From: Styela clava
Lineage: Eukaryota
Assembly: GCF_964204865.1 (NCBI RefSeq)
Contig: NC_135259.1
Coordinates: 16,244,001 to 16,308,000 of the forward strand
Direction: 5' to 3'
Length of the DNA stretch: 64,000 nt
The notes under the pieces were generated by a model that did no database searches, was not told where the DNA came from, and was given only the letters and a program-made list of their open reading frames with translations. Shown piece after piece: positions 26,669 through 41,189 of this stretch. Both the position numbers and the translations under genes were made by a program. Position 1 is the stretch's first letter. Each line of letters begins with the position of its first letter.

Positions 26669-29600
26669 TAGCAACATGTGTGAATAGTCTAACAGCTGCT
26701 GTGTGGCCGTACTACCGATGTGTAGTGATGTCACTGTCCCTGTGTTAGCTAGTTGAAGCTGGGATAAATAGAAGATGATGGTTGGTGCATGCTTCAGTTC
26801 TCCAGATTTTGCATCCCCATTCGTTCTGAAGAGGCTGTTGCATAAAATCATTATTTTAGTGATGGGTAGTTTTGACTATTAGTAAGCAGCAAGCGTATGA
26901 TATTAATATCCTCCCTTCAAACATTTTCCTATTTCTTGACTTAATTTTTCCTATAATTTTGAACTATCAACTATTGTGCGGTGTGTACTGTTTTTAAATA
27001 TGCCAAACTTGCCAATACTGCAGATATTTTTCATTTGAAAAATCTTATTCAAACTACTGGCTGCATGATAGAATTATGACTGGTCATATTCAATGAAGTT
27101 TAAAACAAGTCAAATGTGTCAAATTTATCAAATATTATTACTTATAATTGCATTTTTACAGAGTTATTTCTTGGAATATATCGTTTCTGTCTGAATTGAC
27201 TACCTGTTTAAAATTGTGCTATGTTAATGTCATTATGAATTAATAACATCCTTTACATTTTGGTCTGCCTAGAAAACATAATATAAAAAAATTGCAACTC
27301 TAGTAAATTTCAGTGTTTATGTGATCGAAGTTGTCACCCATACATTGCAATTATTTATTGTAAAAAACGTTCATATGTGTTGTCAACATATAATTTTAAT
27401 ATTATTGTTTGAGATATTTTCATTAATTATACAAAATCAAAAATGTTTATTAGAAATATTAGACTTAAAACATTATATTTTAGATTGTTATCTAGGTTTT
27501 ATGAATCTGTAACACCATATTGATATTTCTTCAAACTTTTTGGAAATATAAAACATCTCATTGTTCTTAACTCACAGTCTATGTTCAACAGTTGAAATAT
27601 GGAATTGCAATAACTTATTTTGTGAGTGCCATATCATGAAGCATTTAGGCAGTGTTCTCCTTTGCATGCATCAATGTGTTCCACAAATTATGATGTTGTA
27701 TGTGCTTCCCACATGTATTTAGGTTATTTAGGTTTATCTTACAAACACTTGTATTCTTTCAGAAATGTGTGTACTTATTAATTTGTTTCTGTCTAGCATG
27801 AATATTCGTAATCCAGAGGGATGATAATGAATATGGTTTCATATAATTCCTAAATTCAAGCGTTTCATCTATATTTTTTCTCAAGTCATCACAGTTTTGA
27901 CTTCGCTATGAAAAACTTCCAAATCACTTGCTGACTGTAGGTTATCATATATTTTGCATACAACAATGCTGCCGAGGGATAGTTAATCAATAGCCAGTAG
28001 TCTTTCGTGTTTCAATTAATATTCTACCATTCCCGATAAAAATGAAAAAAAAAAACATCTTTTGTTTTACATGAAATAAAATCAAATACTCAGAATATCC
28101 CTTTCGAAAATTTTTATGTACATGAAATGTTTAATTTAGTCAATCGGCCCGTTTTTGTGATGTGCTGAGTTGCCATTTCCATATTATACCTTGTCTGGGC
28201 AGCTTTCTCAGATAACGTCATAGAAAAGTACAAATTTCCATCAATTTTGTTGTGGATATATGTGGTTTTCTTTTATTTAACACCAACGTATGGGGTTGTC
28301 TGTATAGTGCAGACGATTTCACTGATTTTATTTAGTGTGGTTTTGTTCTCTATTAATAAATACACTTGTTTGCTTAAGCACTTCAAGCCTAACGCATAAA
28401 TGGTTCATTACCTGCATAATGGATTGATCGTTTATCTGCCTTATAATCTGTTTTATGTTTACACAATATTTTGGTGTATTTTTATGTGAAACTCTGTTAA
28501 ATATAGTATATTTATTGTGATGCCATTTATCATGGATCATTGCCCTGATATATATATATATATATGGTAAAATCGGCGATAATTTCAGGAATTGTTTCAA
28601 GTTCACGAATGTGTTCAATATTATTTCAACAAATTTGTGTGGCAGTGCCGATTCTAAAAATATGCCATGGAATCGATTCATTGAGGCTACAGTTAAATGA
28701 CTGAATGAAAGTCGTGCCTGTATTGCCATCCTGCCTCACTCCCAAATCTTTTAAAGCCGTACCGACCAGCCGTTGGGAACCAGTGTGGTGCCGGTCCGCA
28801 AGGAATTTCGTTGTTTTTCTGCCATCGCAACAGCGTGGCAAACTTGCATTATTTCATTAGAATTTTTTCCGCAGCTATATTGGATGTCTGATAAGTGCCT
28901 CGACCGTCGAGTAAATCACGCTTTCCGGTCCGCCGCGGAAGCGTTTTGTAAAACGAAATGAATGTAAGCTGTATGCTTGTATCCTGTACAGAGTGAGGAA
29001 ATCCTGCAAATCGTTAGCCACATCAAATTTCGAAGCAGAAAAGACTTCGAGAGGACGAGGACAAAACACAGGTGCGAGTGTTGGATCGTACTGTAAATGA
29101 TTTCAGTCAGAATATACAGAAACAAATCGCGATCGGAATGGAAAAAGCTTTTTCTAGGTCGGAATTGCAGGACATAACAGCTCTGAAGCCCAGGTAACAC
29201 GCATACTAAGTGGAGAAATGATAGCGTTGGACTGTCCGCGAGGGATTCAAGCGTTTTGTGAGCCATATAACCCAGGTACAGCATCCATAGCTGGTAGGCT
29301 ACTATTTTATATTTTTTTTTACAAAGATGTGCGTGACAAAGTACAAATGATCATGCAGAAAATGTCAGTTCTACGACATATGGAGCGTTGCCAATACCAA
29401 AAAATCGATATTGTACCATGTACAATACATTTTCGGCTTCCCGCACTCCTGCAAATATGATCTACGTGAATTCCACATTCCCAGCAATAAAATTCACGTC
29501 TTGGCGAGCGACCACGAATCAAATGTTTTCTTTCGTCTTCTGCATACACTCCAGCTAGTCCTTCGACTTTAAAGAATATAAGTGTGACGTAAATAGTTAC

Positions 29601-31405
29601 ATTTTATGAACAGAATGGCAGAAATGCGTAAGCTATGAACAAAACAAAAAACTTGGGAGAGCGTAATGGGGACGTTACAAAAACTTTGTCGGCCCCAAAT
29701 AGAAACTCGAAGCTGCCCGTGACCGAACGCGACAAGCGCACGACGCGAAAGAGAGAAATGTGAAAGACACGCCGTCAAATCGAATTAGGGAGAAACGTAA
29801 AGTTACGGCAATGGCCCCATATCATGAAAGTCTATGACAACCTAAAATACAACTTACACAGACTACGATCATAATCTAACAAGCCTATTGCTCCATTAGG
29901 ATTTCAATAACAGTAGAAATGGTTAAAAGCAGAAATTTATGACATCAGGCGGGCCAGACTAAATCACTAACGGGCCGGATTTGCCCCGCGGGCCGTAGTT
30001 TGCCCATGTCAGTCCTAGGCCCTTTCATTTTCTAAACCCGTTCCTGCATATACGCATTTACATGATTTAGGTCCGACCATCGTCAAAGAATTTGGTTCTG
30101 GATATAAAACCGCCGATTCTGGCTCGAAGTTTAAAATGTGACTCCCATCCAAAGTTCTGATGGACTTTCTTTCTCAAAACATATTGAGTGAGATTATAAC
30201 TAGCTTCCAACAATTTTTCAAAAAACAAAACCCGAATGGCAGATTGCCAACAGGCAAAACAATACAAATGCTACAAACCCCATCGCCCCGGGACGATGTG
30301 TGAGAGGTTTTGACGGGAGATTCGGAGTTGCGGAAAAGGTATCTAGATAGATAGGATAGAGGCAGCTGCAAACAGAGAAAGCAAGTAGACCGTCAAGAAG
30401 GGACTTGCAGGTAGATCCGGGGAGAAGAAGTATCTCCGAATATAAAAACAGCGGAGGCAAGCGAGAGATGGAAGTTACATAGAGAGCAAGTAGACCGACG
30501 AGAGGGGATGGTCCGAAGAGGGAAAAGACACAGCGAGCGAAAAACAATCCGGCGAGGACAGAAAGAGAAAAACATCAGAGGCAAGCTGAAGAGTGAAAAA
30601 AGAAGTCGATCGAAAGGAGACTGAGAAATAGCACAAGAAAAGTCGCGGAGAGCGCGACGTGCAAGATGAAGGCGGCAGCCCTCTGACTACCGCAGAAATG
30701 AGGTTAGAAAGAGCGCTGAGGAGGAATATGGCGGAAATAGAGCGTGATAGTGACTGGCATGGGACGGAAATTTTACCGCAAATTTTTTTTTGTCTTTTGA
30801 ACGCCACATCTTTTTCTCCGAACAAAGCCAGATAGATCAAAGTAGCCACTGATATCTAACAATACCTCGAAAAGAATCGCTCTTAAATTGGGAAATACAG
30901 CTCCCTAGAGGGCGAAAGAGATACATACAATACGAGAAAAAAGGGGCGAGGGGCGATATTTTAAAGGTCAGAAATCTCGCGGCACTTTTTTTTATAATCC
31001 AAGTATAAAAACCTGATTTACTTGCGATGTAATAATAACAAATGTATTACATGGGGCGACGATAAATGAAAGTTTGAGAAATTACCTGGGTTCTGTACTT
31101 TTGAATCACTGTCGTTGTGTTTTCAAAATACCCATCGACAACTTCACTTACGAAAATAGATATTGTCACAAACATACGTTCTTCAAAACATTGATAACAT
31201 TTTAGTATGATTGACTGAAATATCGTTTATTTTAGCAAGCTTGTACTGGTAACCATCGACTAACAGTATGCTGCCCAGATTTAGAGCGAACAGTACGGCG
31301 CGAGTTGTGAGCGGAGTCGCAATTTCATACTTTCAAAGATGTTATTAAAATGCAAATTATTTTAAAGCATTACGTCACAAAACGTCCGTGACGCATGCAT
31401 ACGCC

Positions 31406-31586
31406 CAGTGGAGGGATTCAATTTTTTTTTGTCAGCCGGTTCTATCACAAAAGTCATATTTTTTACCAGGTTTTGTTACAAAAAGTCATTGAGATTAACC
31501 AGTAATCCTAACCGGTTCGCTGATCTCATAAAATTCTATGCGACGGCTCTATAGAACCGGTGCGAACCGGCTGAATCCCACCACTG
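31406..31586. mobile_element. hAT-type MITE (second copy 56335-56504)
   Basis: CAGTGG(A/T)GGGATT / AATCCCAC(C/T)ACTG ends with internal AACCGG repeats, near-identical between the copies. Confidence 0.85.
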
Positions 31587-32170
31587 CACACGCTAATGTT
31601 TTGTTATTAAAATTTGATTTTTCCTGAGCTTTGACCAAGTCAAAACAATATTGTTCGATTGCAAATCCCACCAACCACCCCCATTTTTTTTTCATAAGTT
31701 TTGTCAAAACAAGAATTTATTACAAACCATCAGTTCTCACTCAGTCACTAGTGTATTGTTGGTGCAAAATCGAATTCATGGAGTTTCCGTGATCCGAATC
31801 TTAATACTGGTATTTGAAACTATTCCCGGATACCGAAACCTAAGTATTATGATCGCTATAAATTTCGCAATTGCACGTATAACTTTACTGACAGCTTGTG
31901 TTTGAGGTTTGTTTGAGATTTATACACAAAGTTTCTAAAATTGATGGTTTGGTTTCCACGCATGTGGTGCCTGGAGTCGTTCTCTGCCATGGGAACGAGC
32001 GATACTGAGAATATCAGGTCGCTTAAACGTATTTGAAACACCTGCTCCCGCTCATACGTGCTATTTTACCTTAATATGATTTAATGCTGGATTCCCTTAT
32101 AGGTAACGCTGCTCGATAACCATTATTGATATATCGCGTCTCCCTGCACACTGAAATGCATTTTTTTTTC

Positions 32171-32384
32171 GGCTCTCCAGAAGTATTTGTACCAATATGG
32201 AGGTAACTAATTTTGTTCGCCTATTTTGCATCAAGTTGTGTAAAGTGACTGAAACCTATGGGCAGGGCGTATATTCACTTGGCTAACACAGACAGTCCCC
32301 AAACTTGTAATAGAACTAAAATAAGGAAAATCGGAATAAAATTACGCCCTAACCGTAACCTGGTACACATACTACGGGAGTATC
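32171..32384. mobile_element. Merlin-like MITE copy
   Basis: GGCTCTCC...GGGAGTATC with TSD TTTTTTTC on both sides. Same interior as 40974-41189. Confidence 0.8.
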
Positions 32385-32652
32385 TTTTTTTCTTTATTCG
32401 GCATATTCAATATGCATTTTCGGTATAGGAAAAAATCACTGACTAACGGGTACAGAACTATTTACAGAGATATACAGAAGGGACACCACATGTTGCCACG
32501 GTTCACTTTTGTTTTCGAAACCCTGAGACTTTTTTCCAAATCAAACATAACATATAACTTTCAAGATTTTTTTATATTGTGTGTCAATGGATCATGGATA
32601 ATATATCATTGTTAACTGAATATTTACATTTAACATCAATGCAATGCACATT

Positions 32653-35422
32653 TCATATCTTGCGTTCGCACAAAGCATTAAAGTGAGCGCAGCATTCTCC
32701 GTCATCAATCTGGTAGTTTATATCTCTGGATATCCAACCGCAGTTTTGATTTCCTCCGTAATTGTCAGGTTGGCCAGATCCCCAGTTCCCTGTGTGCACG
32801 AACGGTTTTCCGTCCAACCAACGCCAATTACCCTCGCTCTTGATATCTGTCAACCCGATCCAGTAACCTTTCATGTTATTATTTCGTAGTCTGGCAGTTA
32901 AATACCTAATAATGAAAACAAGCGATTAGCAGCTACACTTTAAAGTCTAAATTAAAATTGGAATGTGCGAAATTGAAGGATAATTAATGTACATAAACAA
33001 ATTTTTATTGGCGTGTGTTATTGAGAGTGAAGAGTTAATATTAAATCGGTAATCCCGAAGTATGTGAACCAAGATGGCGGACACCGGAACGTAGTATGTG
33101 TACCAGGTCCTGGTTTGGCCATAATTTTAGGTGCTAATACTACGGGAGTCACTTGGCTAGTCCCTGAACTCGTAATAGAACTAACATTGGAATAAAATTA
33201 TTGCCTAACCTTAACCTGGTACACATACCACGTTCCAGTGTCCGCCATCTTGGTTCACATACTTCGAGAGTACCATCAAATTAACATAATATCATAACAT
33301 TAATATTAGACCTATTGACTGTTTTGGATATACATTTGCGAGTGGGAGTCTTCGTATCCTAGTCTCAACAATTTAGGAATGCGATGGATGAGCTATGCTG
33401 CGTTACAGCGTAAAGAAAACTTTGCGAAACTAAAAGAATACTTACTTTAAATTTTCTTCATTTTGAACGGCAGCGTAAGGAATATCGGCCCCATTTTCCA
33501 TGCAAATTTTGCGAGCAGTATTGAAGTCCACCGCTGCCCCGAATATTTTGTATTGATATCCACCTCTGCCTGTTAGCCATCCAGGTTCGCTGCAATCTGA
33601 AATATGGGTAAACAAAAATAGATATAGAAAAATGGAGATTTTTTGTACAAAGCCCCACCAAAAAAAACGCCTCAAAATAAGAAAATTAGTAAATATCCAG
33701 TTAGAGTTAGGAAAGCAGATTGCGCTGCAAATTCAATTTTCAAATCATTCCTAACTCTAGCTGGGTGATTACTGATTTTTTATTTCAAAACATTGCGGGG
33801 TTGTTTTTCTCAAAGTTCACATTTTTGCGTCATAGTAGTGGGGGCTTTGTAAAAAGGATCTAAAAATGGCTGTCATGAAAATAGATTTGAGAGATACAAA
33901 CGGAGTTTTACAGAATATTGACCAGATCAATAACCCCATAATATATTCTCAGATTGTAACCTAAAATTGTCAAAAAAACTCAAATTACTCATTTTTATTA
34001 ACTAAACCTAAATTTATAAACTTATTAATACACCGAAAAAAAAAACGATTGTAGAGGCTTTCGCTTAATTTAACGGGTGTGTACAATACCATATTTCTTG
34101 GCTTTCTTGAATTTGCTGAATTGCATTATTTGAGCTTACATTATCAAAAATGACATTGGCATATACTTACTTTACCGTAAATTTGAGCAATTAAATAACT
34201 TAAATCTTGGTTTAGATCATTTTTTCTAATCTGAAAATACTTGGAAATGTGAACTTACGCCCTGACGATGATCCTCGTCCACCTGTAAAGTAGGGCAGAA
34301 TAAATATAGTTTTAACTTACTGTCATTTTTTTATATAGATGATTTTAAATGTGCAAATTTAGATTGAACCCCACATTATATCTAATGAGTTATTACTGAC
34401 AACAACGCAGTAATCGTTAAAACAATGTTTTCAAACTGGCCCTCAGGAGAAGATCAATACTACTTTACATATGTCGATTTTCAGAACAAAGGATTGGTTC
34501 AAAATATAAATTGAATAGCCTGTGAAATATCTATTCTTTATGCTGAATAAATCAGTTGCATAATAGGTTGGTATATCAAGCCCGACGCGGAGAACAAGAT
34601 AACTGAAGATAATTTTAAAACAAAAACAGAATGATGAATTCTATTCTTATTACCCGAAGATCCTTTACGGGCAGCTCGTTTTCCTGCTGCTCTCCACGCC
34701 TGTAAATAAAACAAAAAAAAAACAAGTTCGATCGTCTATTGCTCAAATAAACTTATTTATTTTCATTATGGTCTGAAAAGTGAAATGCTAATATCTTGAC
34801 CATACAATACTAAACACCACACGGTTACTACCTTATTTATTCGACCAAATTGTCCATGTTGGGCTATTGGTCTTTTGCGACTTTCCTTTTGGTGGTATCC
34901 CGCATTTTGGTGATTTTACGCCTGAGTAGGTTATTGTGACGTTGTTTTGCGGAAATTTTTATTAACAAATCAAACAATTTTCTTTGGCGTACTGCATTTT
35001 ATCCAATTATCCTTAGAGAACAATTCTTGATAAAAATGCATATACTAGAGAAAAACACTATTTTATTGTTTTTATCATTATATTAAATAAAAAAATGTAA
35101 TTTTCATGGCATATTAAAATTTACTTAAAAGTAATTTTTGGGCGAATATTTTCAGAAATAGCAATAAATATAATTCAGTACCAATTACCAATACAATATC
35201 TGTAATGACGGAAAAACATCTACAGAAAATTTCAACACAATAATTAGGTGTTAAAGTAAAGATTCTTACATTTATATCTTTTGTTGTTGGAAGATCACGG
35301 AACTCCGAAATTATTCTTCCATCATCACTCTCACATACAACTGGGACTTTGCAATCTTGACTGTTGACGATATCAGACCAAGCCAAAAGCAAAACAAGCA
35401 AAATAAATGCGCAGTATTTCAT
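32653..35422 (-). CDS. Secreted C-type lectin (QPD, galactose-type), paralog 1, 5 exons
   Basis: Exons 35422-35270, 34699-34654, 34282-34259, 33596-33446, 32905-32653 (GT-AG, phases 0/1/1/2). Signal peptide MKYCAFILLVLLLAW, CKVPVVC, linker AWRAAGKRAARKGSSGGRGSSSG, CTLD CSEPGW...YWIGLTD...NWGSGQPDN...C...IDDGEC...LCE. Confidence 0.88.
33048..33274. mobile_element. Merlin-like long-TIR MITE in lectin-1 intron 4
   Basis: About 60-bp TIR GGTAATCCCGAAGTATGTGAACCAAGATGGCGGACAC... with degenerate TSD ATTAAATC / ATCAAATT. Confidence 0.85.
33640..33857. repeat. Palindromic (foldback) element in lectin-1 intron 3
   Basis: TACAAAGCCCCAC / GTGGGGGCTTTGTA and CCAGTTAGAGTTAGGAA / TTCCTAACTCTAGCTGG nested inverted repeats. 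Confidence 0.6.
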
Positions 35423-38400
35423 TGTATTGGAATTCTAGAACCAGCGTTTAAAAAACAAAATCAGAATAAAAATAAATCAAATTTAAATATTGTTTCGAAT
35501 TTACATTCTTCTGGCCATGCCCGTAAATAAACTCAGAACCAACTGCTATACTGATTCATAACATACTTCGTTTCATATAAACTAGTGATATGCTACTTTT
35601 TGCTGTAATTAGTGATAAATACGGTTACCGACGTTTGATTTACAATGTTCCCCGCAGATTTTGTATTTCAAAATAAATTATAAAATTTTAGTACTCGTCG
35701 AATAATATGAAAAATAATTACAGTCCAATTTTACAACAATAAAATTAATTGTTTTGTTTATTAATAAAGCTTCATTCCTGCAAACTAAACGAAATTCTTT
35801 AATTGAATTTGTTGAATATTGTATTCTTCAAATTCAATCTACCTATATGTTCTAGCTAAGCTAATGCACGCGATCTGCGCTGCAAATTCAAATTTCATCT
35901 TTGCTGCTTTTATTTTTTCGCAATAATTCGACGTTCGCTATCGCTTTTCTCTTCTATACCAAAATTGACATCGGACATCAACGGGTTAAAATAACCACTA
36001 ACAACTTCTAAAACGAGCAAAGTAAGGTCATCTCTTTCAAAATTTATTAAAATCTCTGATTCTTCAGATCGAACTGGTTTTTAATAAAATTACTTAGCAG
36101 GTATGACTAAAACTACACGACAACCAATCAAAATCTTAATCCTGTTTAACTGAAATATTGACGTAAAACGAAATCACATGGTTTACCACATGATATATCT
36201 AGACGTCACGAATAACATATAAAAATGTCAATTTAATTACGATTTGTTTCTCTTCACTGTTTATAGATGCCACAGTTTAATCGGTTTAACCTAAGCTCTT
36301 AAAAACAGCAACACTCCAAGGCATACCATTTTAAATTAGTGACCACAAACTAGCAAATTCAGCAAATAATAAACACGAAGCTCGTTTTATTCTTATTCAA
36401 TAAAAGCAGATTAAATTTCAAAACAACATAGCCTCGTTGATAAACAAGTTGACGATAACTGGTAATGCGACATTAGGGTGGTTTTTGTGAAACGATTTTA
36501 CCAAATATGGATTTAATAAAACCCACGCCCAATATCTTATAATTTTCCAAATTTAAAGTTATAATATTCATTGATTAGTTGATAAAGCTTATAGATAGAT
36601 ATGCAATCATTGCTCGCGCTACTGCGTTTTATATTATTGACTTTTCCAAAATATCTGAAGTTCTAACTCATGAATTCTCCAGACTTTAAATGGTTGTTCA
36701 CATAGATGAACTAACATGCTATGCCTAGCTACTTAGGAGTTCAAAACGTACGCTTTTGTTGTTGCTTTTTATCACTCTACACCTCGCTACTGGGTTTCAA
36801 ACCTTTGTCGCAAGTGGAAGTTTAGGCACCTCCATTTCGAATATCATACACATTACTTTTCTCTAATCATATAAACTCTATTTGATTAACATTTTAATTC
36901 TAAAAACCTTCTGAAATAAATCACTCATTGTATAGTACGATCATATTCGATAGCTTTCAACCTTTTATCTAATGATATATCTTTAAAAAATTGTTAGCAT
37001 CCAAAAACAAATGATACTCCGACCCAATAAGCAATATTTGTGAACTCTGAAATAGTGTTCACGTTTTCTTCTCATTCATATTTTATCAGGTATTAGTCCT
37101 TGCAAGTCGCTTAGAAAAATTGGGCTATGTATGTTATTGTGCTTGACCAGAAGACTTGATTTTAAGCTCTATGCCCTTTTCTCTATATCATGGGTATAAA
37201 ATATATTTATATAAACTATAAGAAACGGGAAGATTCAGTCCCTTGCATGAACAGCGTAGCTCTCGGCGTGTTAGGGGTAGTTTTGTCAGAACTTTGTGTG
37301 GAACGAGGACATAAAACTCCTCATAAATATCATTGGAAAACCTTGCAGTACCAGATAATTTTTCTTGATTGATTTTTGATATTTGATGATGTAAAATTAA
37401 ATTAGTTTTTTAGTTCTAGTACGCTCATCGCTGTAAGTCACCACGCCCATTTGGCTATATGTGCATCACACTAATATTATTGCCAATAATAGCGAATGTA
37501 AAAGTCATATCAGTTCGGAAAGTTTTTAATAAATGAGGAATATTTCGAAATGACATTTTAATCTTATTCTCAGACTTAATGTTCGGTTAAAAAGATACCA
37601 CCAGCAATAAAAAGTATTTGGATTCGTTTTATTTACCAGTGACCGACTGACACTAAACGATTGCTGAATAATTACAAAAAAATTAAATTAAAAATTGACA
37701 AACAAAAAAAGAAGTTCTTGCCATACCTATCTTTTAAAGGTTGCTCACTTTGTACCTCACCAGGATATACGTATATGACTCGGTATGACGTTTAAAAACT
37801 CTGATTTGAAGCAAGTGTTATCCGAAATCATTGTCTATATTCAAGGGAAATTCAGCTTAGTTATGAATGAAGATCATCCATTTGCTTTTCAATTTGTTCG
37901 ACGAACAGGTACTTCAGTCTACTGTCACACATCAGATTCCCCTTTTTATTTCTATGTCTGCTATTGATTTCATCTCATTTTGGGAATGTAGACACAATGC
38001 GACCATATATATATATATTTGTATATTTAATTTAGTAGCCTTCTTTTTCACCCAGGTAATTTTGGTGCCATCTGGTATGCGATCTCAATTGCATCCCATA
38101 AATCCCATAAACAAATTCTCACAGAATTCAGTTCCTCACCCTAACCAAAATCACTGAGATCACACAACCAAAGATCTTTTACCAAAGTAGCACAATAATA
38201 TGTATCCATCGGTCCATAGGATACACTTCAGTTGAAAGTATTTAATCTTCCTATTTTCTCAAATTCCAAATTTACTCCATTAAAATTTGAATCAAAACCG
38301 GCGATTTATTATCACAATACTATTTTTTCTCGCAACTACTTTCAAAATGATATCGGGACCATTTGGTTGTCCTAACTATTTAGAGCTAGTAAAGATGTAT

Positions 38401-38530
38401 GCACTCCTCCAATTACCAAATATAAAAAATTGTCTTGAATATGAATGAGACTTGGAAGGCGAATTGGGTAGGAAACTACTACACCTTGAAGGCGTATATT
38501 TCTGTCCTTAATTATTTCAACCCTTTTGAT

Positions 38531-38810
38531 CTGACATGGGCAAACTACGGCCGACTGGGTATTTTAACCTGGCCCGACTTATGCTGTTACAACCAAACTA
38601 AAACCTAATTTGATGTTTTAGCTAAAAAAAATAACTCAAGGAATTTGTTGATATTGTGATTAAGTTTAGTTTTGTTGTTTCCCACTTTTACTTTTGTAAC
38701 ACTGTAAATAGTTATCATAAAATGTAACTTCTTACGTCACACTTATATGACCCGCCAGTCCAGGTGGGCAAAATTTTTGACCCGCGGTGCAAAAACCTTG
38801 CTCATCCCTG
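38531..38810. mobile_element. hAT-type MITE (family of 6061-6364)
   Basis: CTGACATGGGCAAACTACGGCC...CATCCCTG with TSD CTTTTGAT / CTTTTGAC. Confidence 0.85.
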
Positions 38811-39265
38811 CTTTTGACAGTTACATGGATCCGAATATGCTTCGTATCACCCTCAAAACGACATGTTTACAATTGAAAATATTGTCCGAAACCCTGTACA
38901 TGCGTGAATTGATGGAACGTATAAGAAACCTTAAAAAATAAAAAATAATTTCCATTTTCCTTTTCCCATACGTCATAAACGAAACTGTAATCTTAAAACA
39001 ACCTAAATCTTCAAATCTACGCACTGAGAAAAAACTGATATATTTTTTATGTTTATTTGTATATATTTCTGTACAACAAACATTATCTTATTTACTTCAT
39101 TTTATCCGATATGATCAAGAACATACAGAACACCAGATAATTACTAAAACTTCATTGAATATCACAAACGTGAATTAATTGTTGATTTTAAATATAAAAA
39201 TACAACACTATTTGAGTCCGTATGGAAAAAATCTGGTATCTTCAAAAATATTTGTCAAATTAGCC

Positions 39266-40711
39266 TCATTTTTGGCATACCACCCCAAACTGGCTGGTAG
39301 CGCATACTCCGTCGTCCCAGTTATAGCCCCAGTCTCGGTTGATATAAGCACAGTCACCAGATCCGTCCGGTTGCCCCCCGTTCCATCTTGTTGTGGTAAC
39401 TCGCATTCCGTTGAGCCATCTCCATTGTCCCTCTTGCGCTGTGTCAGTCATAGGAAGCCAAAAGCCGTAAATGTGCCCATTTTGTCTTAAAAAGGACTCG
39501 AATCCCCTGTTAAATAGGCATAAATATAAACAAACGTTTCGTCTGCGATAAATATTTGGGCAAAGAATATTGAATATGATTTTTCAAAAATGCCGGAGGA
39601 AACATCAATGTGAATTTTGTATACTTTTTATGACAATTTCATATATTTTAGCTCTTCGAGAGATGCACGTCGACTACAGCTTGGCAAAGATAAAAAAAAT
39701 ATAAACTCAAGCAACGTATATATAAATAAACAGGCGATGACGCGTTCAGTGAGAATAAAATATTTTGACAATTAAATCTGACAGTGCATGCATTTCAAAA
39801 CAAAAATTAATTTCAGTAATTCAAACCAACCCATAAGCGCTACTTGAAAACGATTCTTTTGTTGGTAAGGTACCCCCTTCGTATTCGCACAACTTTTGAG
39901 CCATTTCCCAGTTAGCTAATTCACTAACTATTTTATATTGATATCCATTGTTGCCAGAAGTCCATCCGCTTCCTTTATTGCAATCTGTAACAATTTACAA
40001 ACGTTTATTGTGATTAATATGATAGGATTTCTTAATTTATTTTCAAAGCAATATACTTGATACAACAATGGCAATTAACAACCCCAATAGTTAAATTGGA
40101 GATTTCAAAATTCATGAGAGATCAGGCACAAAACGATTGTACTTACATCTGGAACCTCCGGTTGGCTTTCCCCCACCAGATGATGTCTAAACAAAGAAAA
40201 AGCTTTAATTAATTATTATAATATTAGTCATATATACTTTTTAGTTTTATTCATTATAAATTCCAGAGTCATTTACCCAGACACATAGTTCTCTTCAAAT
40301 GTGCATGGGCAATATGTACAAATGTTAGTCCCCTACCAATATTTCTTTTATCTTGTCTGTTTTATGTTAATTTGTTCATCATAGTTTAGCTAAGGATGAG
40401 TTAGAAAGTATAGAGAATTACCAACATAACGTAAAAAACATAAACAAAGAAGACAGACTAGAAAATTAGTAGTGATCCAAATAACAGAATAGCGCAGTAG
40501 ATAACCATTCATAAGAATTATTTTGCACAGCTTCTATCATTTAATAAAATGTACTCACCGACGGATCCCAGTCCTTAAAGTTAGGTATTAGTTTACAAGT
40601 TGACGTGTCTTTGCCCCTAGCCATACACATTGCAGTCACTTTACATTTTTCTTTGCTGTATGCCAACTCAGCTATTGCACAAATTAGCAAAAACCCTAAA
40701 ACATATTTCAT
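39266..40711 (-). CDS. Secreted C-type lectin (QPD), paralog 2, 4 exons
   Basis: Exons 40711-40559, 40186-40147, 39984-39831, 39506-39266. MKYVLGFLLICAIAELAYS, CKVTAMC, linker TSSGGGKPTGGSR, CTLD CNKGSGW...FWLPMTD...WNGGQPDGSGDC...WDDGVC...VCQK. Confidence 0.88.
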
Positions 40712-40973
40712 TTTTAATATCTGTTGTTTAGCAGCAGCGATATCAACCAAGTGGGACTTCAAAAATGATACAGGTGGAACGCGATCGTTGGCGACGATTT
40801 GAGTCTCTCTCGTTATGGAACGGTTTTTCTCTTTTATCATGGACGAGAGTTTCTACCTGAACCTTGCATTTCGTTATTAAATATCAGAGGCAAGTTTAAA
40901 CAGAAATACGAATCTACAAATTTAATGTTTTAATAGATTTGATTTCAATAATCATAACGAAATTACATTCGGG

Positions 40974-41189
40974 GGCGCTCCAGAAGTGTGTTTACCAATA
41001 TGGAGGAAACTAATTTTCTTCGCCTATTTTATACATCAAGTTGTGTGAAGGGACTGAAACCTCTGGGCAGGGGGGATATTCACTTGGCTAACACAGACAG
41101 TCCCCGATCTCGTAATAGAACTAAAATAAGGGAAATTGGAATAAAATTATGGCCTATCCCTAACCTGGTACACACACTACGGGAGCACC
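40974..41189. mobile_element. Merlin-like MITE copy
   Basis: GGCGCTCC...GGAGCACC with TSD CATTCGGG / CATTCGGA. Confidence 0.85.

Noticed and set aside
26666-26671. ARL5 TGA stop as another Sec or readthrough site
   Set aside because: It is immediately followed by in-frame TAG, the protein is already full length, and I saw no SECIS.
36500-38450. A fourth lectin gene between paralogs 1 and 2
   Set aside because: No signal-peptide exon and no GYQY, QPD or WDD motifs found. Only stop-ridden protein-like fragments.
40712-40840. 43-aa N-terminal extension of lectin paralog 2 from ATG 40840
   Set aside because: The paralogs begin with MK plus a signal peptide and have 150-153-nt first exons, which matches ATG 40711.
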